Source: Candidatus Omnitrophota bacterium
Lineage (GTDB): Bacteria > Omnitrophota > Gorgyraeia > Pluralincolimonadales > CAZUZR01
Reading direction: 5' to 3'
DNA length: 55,251 nucleotides
NCBI GenBank assembly: GCA_043821025.1
Contig: JBDRDF010000022.1
Coordinates: forward strand, 1 to 55,251
Shown: piece by piece, positions 48,601-55,251 of the stretch
Layout of the letters: each line of letters opens with the position of its first letter
Position numbering within the stretch: the first letter of the stretch is position 1
Notes under the pieces: generated by a model
Databases searched by the model: none
Told to the model about the DNA's origin: nothing
The model's input: the letters and a program-made list of their open reading frames with translations, nothing else
Program-made: the position numbers and the translations under genes

Positions 48601-51073
48601 CTCCTGGATGCATCCGCATATTGCGCGGAAGGATTATCGCTTTATATTTTGTGTATTCGCCAGCTAACAGCTGTTCGCGATTCATAAATGTTGGCTCTAA
48701 CCCTAACCTTTCTAACGGCCCATAAATCTGCTGCATATTGCATTCGTAGCGGTTATACATCTGGTCAACGGCTTCCGTCCAATAGAAAGCGACATCAGCA
48801 GTTGGGTCTTTTGAGCCAGCGAAAAGGTGGGTTGCATCGAGTTGGTCCATTAAGTTATAGGTATCTCTCACAACCCAAAAAGCAGGTTTTACTCTTCTGT
48901 CGGGATATACGATTCCAAAACCTTTTTCTCTATCAGAGATATATTTTCTGTCGTTCCAATGAAAGACGTGCACACCGATTGCGCCCGTCTCCAATTCTTC
49001 CCATAAGGAGTTGCGGATTAAAATACCTTGATTATTTTCGTTTAATCCGGGATACATCGTCTCGGAACTTGTAAAGCCGGTCTCGGTACATAAAACCGGG
49101 AGGCCTGTCTTCCATTTTGCATAGAGAACACCCCATTGTCCCGTCTGAGATTCATGGCCTAATAAGTCCCAAGGATAATTATTTATTGACCAGAAATCTA
49201 AAGGCGTACCGATATCGCGGCAGGCCTTTGCGATTTTGGCTGAATCTTCTGCGTGATAGCGCCAGTCCTCTTCACCCCACTGCATGCCAACGGTAGCGTA
49301 AGAGATTAAGTGATTGGGGTTAGCGGTCTTAACTGCTTTTGCTCCAATCGCAATAAAATTGGCGACACTATCTTCTCGCCATTGGACTAAATCCCACCAG
49401 GCAGGATTGTCGCGGTGATAAGTTTCAGGCATACCGACCTGACTAAAGGACGTGTAACTAGTCCCCCAGACAGAATTTAATTTACTTATATCACCGCCAT
49501 AATAATTTGATAGCCAATTTCTAAATGCGTTTTCGCAATCCGGGTCATATCCGTCTTGCCTGTTGCTCCATAACCCGAGATAACCGTATTCATTTCCGAC
49601 GATCCAACCAGCTATTGTTGGGTCGTTCTTATAACGACTTACAACCGCCGATAAAAATTCGGTGTATTGCGCTCGCGCTTGAGGGTCTTCGTAACTGATT
49701 ATGTCTGATGTATACCTTCTCGAATGAAATGTATTATCTCCCTCGGGCCCCCATCCAGGAGGATGCATCGTGTACCAACCAGGGTCTGCCTCTTCTTGCC
49801 CAGGATTTCCCGGAAACCAGTCGGGCGGCCATTGATACCCTATTAAAGCGAACACTTTGATGTTGTGGGCGTTAGCCTTTTCGAGCAACATATCATAATT
49901 CGTCCAATCGAATTGATTGTCGCCTTTCTCTTCGATATGCTTCCATACGAAATCGACGCGGATAGAATTTACATGCGCCTTTTCCATCTCGGCTAAATCG
50001 TATTCTATCTGCTCTGGGGTCTGCCATACCCCTAATGGCCTGTTCCACGTTTGATACGCTATGCCGTGGGGAAGCCAATAATCGCTCTTTGTAGGATCCC
50101 AAAAGTAACCATCCTTAAGTGAAATATAGGGTCCAGCGGGAGGCGGAGACGTTATAGTTAAATTGCCTGTAACTTCTGTTGACCAAACACCATCGTCATC
50201 CTGGACTTTAAAGTATATCGTATGCGTGCCAAGCGACAGAGATGAACTTGTAAAACTCGCTTGCGTAGATAATTGACTGTCTATCGAAGAGCGCCAGTTG
50301 TAGGCGACGATTGACCCGTCAGTATCTGTGCCGTGTCCAGTAAATGAAATGGCCTGCCCCTGGTTGGCAGGATTTGGAGTGATTGAATCTATCGTTGCCG
50401 TCGGCGGCTGATTTGGTTGAGGCATCGGCGTATTATAGAAATATATCTCGTCAACATAGAATGTCGCCCCATTCGGATTTAAGGTATTACTTGTATCGAA
50501 TTCAAAACCGCCGACAACTCTGCTTCCATCTTTTCCGCTTAAATTTATGAAATATTGAGTCCAAGTATTTGTTAAAGTAACTGGTATTTTTACCGTTGGC
50601 TGAATCGTATCGCCACAAGTCCCAGTTACCCCGCCAACGCCAAAGTTTATCTTCTCGCCACCATTTTGTCCCTTCGCCCAAAAACTTAAGTATGTAACGC
50701 CAGATAAATTCCAACCACCGTCAGGATCTGTGCCCCAGTTTTTATCTGGATAGAGCCAATAAATTCCTGCCCAGTTTTGCCCATTGGTTGCAACGCCTGA
50801 ATACGTAACCTTTGTGCATACCCATGGATCTGCGCCATCGGCAGGACAAGGATCAGGAGATCCTTCATCAATGGTAAGCGCTCCTGTATCGCCCATCCAG
50901 CCGCCCGGCCAGAAGTGCTGCCCCTTGGGAACATATCCATTGGGGTCGTTTATACGGTCTCCATATACACCCCATGGCCAACCACTTATAGATTTTCCTG
51001 CAGCTTCGGCTGGTTGGTAAAAATTAAATAACAAAGTAGCTACAAAAATTAGAAAAATAAATTTCTTTAGCAT
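45683..51073 (-). CDS. 1796-aa secreted multidomain glycoside hydrolase (CBM-like + PKD + GH42/clan-A TIM barrel + trimerisation-like + beta-sandwich tail)
   Basis: Signal peptide; NQPPTA...DTDGSIVAY-W PKD domain; WKHIE-F-W-YD; WIVGNEY acid/base; F-WL-YY-I-LN-WGT; TETGF nucleophile region. Confidence 0.75.
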   Translation of the reverse strand: MLKKFIFLIFVATLLFNFYQPAEAAGKSISGWPWGVYGDRINDPNGYVPKGQHFWPGGWMGDTGALTIDEGSPDPCPADGADPWVCTKVTYSGVATNGQNWAGIYWLYPDKNWGTDPDGGWNLSGVTYLSFWAKGQNGGEKINFGVGGVTGTCGDTIQPTVKIPVTLTNTWTQYFINLSGKDGSRVVGGFEFDTSNTLNPNGATFYVDEIYFYNTPMPQPNQPPTATIDSITPNPANQGQAISFTGHGTDTDGSIVAYNWRSSIDSQLSTQASFTSSSLSLGTHTIYFKVQDDDGVWSTEVTGNLTITSPPPAGPYISLKDGYFWDPTKSDYWLPHGIAYQTWNRPLGVWQTPEQIEYDLAEMEKAHVNSIRVDFVWKHIEEKGDNQFDWTNYDMLLEKANAHNIKVFALIGYQWPPDWFPGNPGQEEADPGWYTMHPPGWGPEGDNTFHSRRYTSDIISYEDPQARAQYTEFLSAVVSRYKNDPTIAGWIVGNEYGYLGLWSNRQDGYDPDCENAFRNWLSNYYGGDISKLNSVWGTSYTSFSQVGMPETYHRDNPAWWDLVQWREDSVANFIAIGAKAVKTANPNHLISYATVGMQWGEEDWRYHAEDSAKIAKACRDIGTPLDFWSINNYPWDLLGHESQTGQWGVLYAKWKTGLPVLCTETGFTSSETMYPGLNENNQGILIRNSLWEELETGAIGVHVFHWNDRKYISDREKGFGIVYPDRRVKPAFWVVRDTYNLMDQLDATHLFAGSKDPTADVAFYWTEAVDQMYNRYECNMQQIYGPLERLGLEPTFMNREQLLAGEYTKYKAIILPRNMRMHPGDLNFIRTNVIPAGVHVYADADLPGMQDYHVKPLNDFVSEVKEIFGIDATNASGYDDPVRNEQYGINFVPINVNVTQNLSPLTSGRVDTFRVWKYSNQTVPTTGTVYATHSNGKPALVIKNNGTSKAAITTFSLGDISPDGDGNGSPDIIPWAKHYDWLKAIFLTGFGIQPTLNLTGSQYVLADYRTTKDGSILISFKNYRNDASQTVTLTTSLINGKTVENLTKGGIIETNSDGIISITLAADDHQLLYAYAGAPVKRVRILDIRSTIHPLGNNSYPVKVWYDTQGATYNLDVDFRDSTKVYASADAISVTGAGERELWVFIPDANFADSGYKSTPEGGKYYFEAYLDSSGTKVVQNTHETQLLWGIKPTTLPTSLAQGSTSDININWENLPEYLSWEVTPLFREEAFPGRVLVYKSSKTQAYDSTHYTRFNEVCAWLENLGYQKAELGIWEPAKGYYILTDTDKGTDGRPLDLNWGYLKEFYSTVILPSVYVMNDNECTNLIKYLESGLFTVISTDGSVGFRKPDGTNGRGRIEKIFGAGTGNRYISALKYLTITDNSHYITKDYSNEETISINSSTYARAWTSLTTGKAIATIKNGSRTAPALISNKYGPNGSKAFVFNFGIDRFNQLTDNFKAISQHTDEWSNREIYKIKWQLKYPTTDPNDGDLVVNETEHWTIKGTDSATLTVNLQSQCLTADNLYWLGYVYPWEAFDPWTNQKGFYTSLNDPGYDNIAVSGPGVQIIGTSSYVHAGRSWDVWEAYNTSGATYTLNLVFKEKGDNGDGTSEETYWSMTQSVTGLKEAIQYFGWVPDYNPAYNDYKSSTKGGKYQWSTWFTGVAGTNDIEVKLYFAPRLKVELSTFPKNIKKGKVVSVPIEWENLPQVPAKMKLILQNAYTGAICAQATYRLSRSTGSGRFGITVPSTTPSGSNYLWSAYIYPSTATNPYNERYGLDDTFNYNTSGYPIGPETTITVY

Positions 51074-51117
51074 TGTTAAATCCCCCTTAAAATTCGAAAC
51101 GTGTTTAAATTACTATA

Positions 51118-51146
51118 AATATACCATCTAAAGAGTAGTTTGTCAA
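51118..51146 (-). promoter_or_regulatory. Sigma70 promoter of the large GH gene
   Basis: TTGACA-17 nt-TATATT. Confidence 0.65.
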
Positions 51147-51200
51147 TGGTAAAAAATTGGCTTTTTTCTGGAAAAATTAGTTAGCACTTCGAAGGGGAAA

Positions 51201-52859
51201 TTATTTAAATGTAAAGCAATCTATATTAAATTCACCTTTTATCACATACAATCTAACCTCATGACGGCCTTTTAAAATTTTAATTCCTTTTTTGGAAATA
51301 ATCTTCCACTCCTGCCAGCCTCCCGTATTTTCAACTGAAATGGGACCCGTTACATCTTTATTGTCAATTTCTAATCTAAATTGGCCACCATCAACAGCAC
51401 TGGCAACCTTAAATTCTATATTAAATTTTTTGTCGCTGGGATTATATATGTCATACTCCATCCATTCACCTGCTTCTGTCCAACCCACGTTATAAGCACT
51501 GATTTCAATATCTACTCCTTCTGAGCGTCTATAACTTTTGCCCTCATTCGTTTTGCTAGAATCATGGTAAGAAACTCCTTCTCCTAAAAACCCAAAATCT
51601 TCTGCTTCAATCGTATTGGGTATCGTCTTTAACAAACTTCGTACGACTTTGTAATTATAGAGGTTATTCTCAAGCTTGAGATTACTTATAAACTTATCTA
51701 AAGTTCCCTGGGCTTGCTTGGGGGAGGGTTTTGGTCCACCTTTGGTATACCGGATGATAGTATCGTAACCAGCTGGTTTTTTAATGGAGTAGACCCCACT
51801 ATCAGATTCAACTTTTTTCCAGGGCCAAAAACACCAACCGATATTATAATCTTCTAATAGTTGCGTAATGGCGAAATGCCATTGATTATTATTTTCGCCT
51901 GTTTCTCCACACCACAGAGGTACGTTATGCTTTTTCGCTAAAGATAGATAGGGCTGGACGCCGTGTTTATCCACCTTACCCCCATATCTATGAAAACTGT
52001 AGACAATATTAGAATCAAACGGCTCTGGAAATTTCTTAAAATTAGTTGCCCAATTAGACCCTTCCAAAAATATAATATGGTTATTATCTACCTCGCGAAT
52101 GGCAGAAACTATCGCTTTATACAAAGGCACGAGGTCCTTTTCATTGTTGTATTCTGAGAACTTAGTTGCTATTGGCTCGTTAAGCAAATCATAACCGATT
52201 AAGGTAGTGTTATCTTTATAGCGTTTAGCGACCTCTCTCCAAACTTCGATGGTTTTCTGCTGGTTTAAAACGTCTGACCAAAGTTTTGGATGATCATCTA
52301 TGCTGTCATCGATGTTAGCGCCTGTTTGACCACCGGGCGCGCAATGCATATCCAAGATAACGTAGAGCCCATATTTCCCGCACCAATCGATTAAATCGTC
52401 GAGTATTTTAAAACCGCCTTCCTTCCATACACCTGGATTATCCTCGGATATAAACAAATTATAATGAAAAGGCACTCTAACGTGGTTAAATCCAAGGTCA
52501 ACAATCTCTTCGATATCTTTTTCTGTTATGTAGTTTTTTCTATAGGCAAACCAAAATTCTTTGGCCTTTTCCTCTCCGATTAAATCAACTATCAATTCAT
52601 TAATAGTCCTTGGGCGGTCGTATTTGCCTTCAAATTTCAGTATATATCCTTCCGGAACCAACCAACCCCCTAAGTTCACGCCTCTTAAAATTACAACGTT
52701 CCCTTTTTCGTCAACGATATTTTCCCCTGACGTTTTTAAAAAACCTTGGGAAGGAGGTTCTGACGTAGTTTCTTTTTTGATGTCTCGCGCATAGGAAACT
52801 GTTAATGCGCCTATTAAAAAAACAAAGGCAATGAATTTTAATCTACGTTTTGTACACAT
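51201..52859 (-). CDS. Secreted GH5 endoglucanase-like enzyme with C-terminal CBM6
   Basis: LRGVNLGGWL, LD-H-APG-Q, YDLLNEP and W-GE-GE motifs; CBM6 IEAE-F, VGWTEAGEW-Y, TGGWQ-W. Confidence 0.9.
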   Translation of the reverse strand: MCTKRRLKFIAFVFLIGALTVSYARDIKKETTSEPPSQGFLKTSGENIVDEKGNVVILRGVNLGGWLVPEGYILKFEGKYDRPRTINELIVDLIGEEKAKEFWFAYRKNYITEKDIEEIVDLGFNHVRVPFHYNLFISEDNPGVWKEGGFKILDDLIDWCGKYGLYVILDMHCAPGGQTGANIDDSIDDHPKLWSDVLNQQKTIEVWREVAKRYKDNTTLIGYDLLNEPIATKFSEYNNEKDLVPLYKAIVSAIREVDNNHIIFLEGSNWATNFKKFPEPFDSNIVYSFHRYGGKVDKHGVQPYLSLAKKHNVPLWCGETGENNNQWHFAITQLLEDYNIGWCFWPWKKVESDSGVYSIKKPAGYDTIIRYTKGGPKPSPKQAQGTLDKFISNLKLENNLYNYKVVRSLLKTIPNTIEAEDFGFLGEGVSYHDSSKTNEGKSYRRSEGVDIEISAYNVGWTEAGEWMEYDIYNPSDKKFNIEFKVASAVDGGQFRLEIDNKDVTGPISVENTGGWQEWKIISKKGIKILKGRHEVRLYVIKGEFNIDCFTFK

Positions 52860-52897
52860 AAAATAAAAAATTTCGAAATGTCAGGATGGTTTTTAAC

Positions 52898-53482
52898 TTA
52901 TTCTAATAACTCTAAATCATCGAAGTAATAAGTTCCTTCCTTAGGTACATATATCTCTATGGCGCTAATACGAGTCAAATCTAAATCTTCGACTTTGGGA
53001 TAGCTCTTTAGCTTCCACTTGATTTCCGTCCAGGTGTCCTTTTTGGTTTTCTTTGTAGACCAAAGATTATTTTCATCGTTTCCGCTGCCGCCGTTGCCTT
53101 CGATGTCTTTCAAGCGTATTTGAATAGTGTTGTTGCCTTCAGTAGTATCGTAAACCCAAATCGAAATTTTCTCCGCTTTTGACAGATCAACATATCCATC
53201 TTTTGAAGCAATATTTATTCCGACTGTTCCACCCGCTTCGTTATTTGCTTCTATTTCTAATGACCTGCTGCCAGAATGCACGATATCGGTGGCAAAATCT
53301 GGTTCGGTTTCCCATATATTTAAAAAATACTCATCTTCCGTGTCGTTTTCAGGTTCAAAATTTTGTAAAGGTACTGCTGTAGGCGATGGAATTTCTTCGG
53401 ATTGCTCTGCTATGGAATTTAAAACGATTAAAGACAAAAATATCAAACCAACAACAAAGTGTTTTACTAAATTTGCCCTCAT
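52898..53482 (-). CDS. Secreted stand-alone carbohydrate-binding module (CBM11-like beta-sandwich)
   Basis: Signal peptide; G-SL, DLS-ISIW, W-I-L, LDL-I, G-YYFDDL. Confidence 0.6.
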   Translation of the reverse strand: MRANLVKHFVVGLIFLSLIVLNSIAEQSEEIPSPTAVPLQNFEPENDTEDEYFLNIWETEPDFATDIVHSGSRSLEIEANNEAGGTVGINIASKDGYVDLSKAEKISIWVYDTTEGNNTIQIRLKDIEGNGGSGNDENNLWSTKKTKKDTWTEIKWKLKSYPKVEDLDLTRISAIEIYVPKEGTYYFDDLELLE

Positions 53483-53516
53483 CTTTTATCCCCCTTTCTT
53501 TTCTGGAAAAATTATT

Positions 53517-54470
53517 TTAGCGCTCTGCGAGGCGTATCGACGAAAAAGTTACAGTCAAATAAGACCTCTTTATTGTAGCAAATGCATCTTTATCTCCCGC
53601 CGGCGCAAGCGACTTATAACTTGATAATTCCGCCTCCTGTGTCTCTCGATCGGGACTTGCTAAGTCATAAAAGTCCGGATCAATATCATCTTCCGCGCCT
53701 CTATCTTCTCCGCCTCCTCCATGCCATTCGTTCGATTCTCTCCATACTTCCCTTAAATATCCGTCCTCCTCCAATCCTGTTGCGACGATAAATCTCCAGG
53801 TCTTGCCTGAGGGATTTCCGATTATCCTTTGGGGTACCGCAACCTCAACAGCAGACCAATTCGAGTCCTTAATTAAAAAACCTTCTGTGTCGGTTCTTTT
53901 GCCGTCGGCTCTAGCAACCAATCTCCCATTCGCATCCCAAATCCTTCCTCTAAAAGTGCTTGATATACCAATTACATACTCGGCTGCTAACTCAGGTGAA
54001 ACTTTTAATTCTCCGAAGGTACCACTATCGGCCCCTAGTAAATTTATGTCGCCCTGGGCTAAAACTTGTGCACCTCTTTTGCCCCCCTTTGCGCCATCTT
54101 GGTCGATTGCGATTAAACGATGCGGAACCCACCAATCGCCTGGGCGAGAGATCTTGATTAAAAAATATACGTTTTGGCTATCCCAGGTTATGCGAAATTC
54201 CTGCAAATCGGCAGCCCTTTTAAAAGCGATATTTGTAGGGTAGGTGTAACGGCCATTGCCTGTGTCATCGCCTTCGGCATCCTTCCAAATATACTCGCCT
54301 TTGCTTATTGTAGAGGTATTTGGCTTACTTGGTGCGACGCCAATCCAGTCGCTTATTGAACCATCGACGGAAATCATATGGCCGGAGAAAGCGCCGCCTA
54401 CCTCAGCCAAAGCGTAATTTGAAAAGCATACGGAGCACATCAAGAGGAAAATATAAATTCTCCTTTTCAT
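53517..54470 (-). CDS. Secreted glucodextranase-C / DOMON-like sugar-binding domain protein
   Basis: VDG-ISDW, D-GDD-G-G-YTYPT-F, DL-EF-I, IAID motifs. Confidence 0.7.
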   Translation of the reverse strand: MKRRIYIFLLMCSVCFSNYALAEVGGAFSGHMISVDGSISDWIGVAPSKPNTSTISKGEYIWKDAEGDDTGNGRYTYPTNIAFKRAADLQEFRITWDSQNVYFLIKISRPGDWWVPHRLIAIDQDGAKGGKRGAQVLAQGDINLLGADSGTFGELKVSPELAAEYVIGISSTFRGRIWDANGRLVARADGKRTDTEGFLIKDSNWSAVEVAVPQRIIGNPSGKTWRFIVATGLEEDGYLREVWRESNEWHGGGGEDRGAEDDIDPDFYDLASPDRETQEAELSSYKSLAPAGDKDAFATIKRSYLTVTFSSIRLAER

Positions 54471-54506
54471 TTGTTTAACCCTCGAAGAAACTTTTTTTAG
54501 AATAAC

Positions 54507-55250
54507 TTACATCGGTTTTTTGCCACCAAAATTTACAATCAAATATGATTTCTCAATAGTCGCGAATGCGTCAGTATTACCTGGATCCGCGCCTTCTTTA
54601 TAGCTTCCCAACTCTTTCTCTTGCGTTTCCTTATCTGGACTTGCTAAATCGTAATAGTCGGGGTCGACTCCATCATCTCCAGATTCCTCACCGCCCCCAC
54701 CATGCCATTCGGAACTTTCAACTTCCATTTCACGTGCAACATCGTAGTCCTGTTGTCCTGTCGCCACAATAAACCTCCAGGTCTGGCCTTGGGGACTACC
54801 GCCGATTAAGCTTAAAGGGATGGCGACCTCAACAGCATTCCAGTTAGCATCGTCTACCTTAAATCCCGGAGTATCATCTGCCTCACTATTTCTAAACGCA
54901 ACTAATTTCCCATTGGCGTCCCAAATTCTTCCTTTATAAGTCTGGGAAATTGCAATCACATATTCACACGCAAGTTCAGGTGATACCTTTAATTCCCCAA
55001 ACGAACCTGAGTCGGAGGATAGTTCATCTATATCTCCCTGTGCTAATACTTGGGTTCCGCCTTTGCCACCTTTTGCGCCATCCTGGTCTATGCCTATTAA
55101 CCTATAGGGTACCCACCAGTCGCCCGGGCGGTCAGTTTTTATCAGAAGATATAGGTTATCTTTATCGTAAGTGACCCTGAATTCCCTTAGGTCTGCGCCT
55201 TTCTTTAACGCCTTGTTTGTAGGATAGGTGTAATCACCGTCTCCTGTGTC
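54507..55250 (-). CDS. Paralogous DOMON-like protein, 5' part outside the window
   Basis: Frame open to the window edge (DTGDGDYTYPTNKALKKGADLREFRVTYD...RPGDWWVP); collinear with 53517..54470. Confidence 0.75.
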   Translation of the reverse strand, partial: DTGDGDYTYPTNKALKKGADLREFRVTYDKDNLYLLIKTDRPGDWWVPYRLIGIDQDGAKGGKGGTQVLAQGDIDELSSDSGSFGELKVSPELACEYVIAISQTYKGRIWDANGKLVAFRNSEADDTPGFKVDDANWNAVEVAIPLSLIGGSPQGQTWRFIVATGQQDYDVAREMEVESSEWHGGGGEESGDDGVDPDYYDLASPDKETQEKELGSYKEGADPGNTDAFATIEKSYLIVNFGGKKPM

Positions 55251-55251
55251 A

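Noticed and set aside
3412-55174. Many short ORFs antisense to or nested in long genes (e.g. 5069..5464, 24871..25314, 48688..49074, 53803..54243)
   Set aside because: Shadow frames of well-supported genes with no independent RBS or motifs.

Overview
Low-GC chromosomal segment of a diderm bacterium. The gene content (TIGR04073-like protein, alginate-export-type porin, PVC-type hypothetical) suggests Omnitrophota/PVC, but that is inference. A XerCD dif-like site at 2371-2398 divides the window. To its left is the right end of an accessory island on the + strand: a frameshifted TPR gene, two unannotated secreted micropeptides, and a Thoeris-ThsB-like TIR gene paired with a small membrane protein. 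To its right almost every gene is on the - strand, pointing toward the site, as expected near a replication terminus. These include suhB, HD-GYP/PilZ, GH57, an arnT/arnC-type cluster, a porin, tRNA-Arg(CCT) with tRNA-3'-end-linked repeats, a NYN nuclease gene with a repeat-hairpin leader RNA, the phoH-pgpH-ybeY-dgkA-recO-glyQS-ppdK-sigma-apt operon, aspS/hisS, IHF/HU, dnaE and guaB3. Further right are an IS1202/ISNCY-type IS next to a promoter-driven structured non-coding region, an ECF sigma/anti-sigma operon, a SurA/PpiD gene, and a cluster of secreted glycoside hydrolase/CBM genes running off the right edge. The best novelty candidates are: (1) the NYN gene plus cis-encoded repeat RNA, with type III TA-like architecture; (2) the dif-adjacent island with a TPR + peptide (RRNPP-like) cassette and a TIR + TM defence pair; (3) the IS flanks and the adjacent structured RNA. 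All calls were made by eye; no database searches were run.
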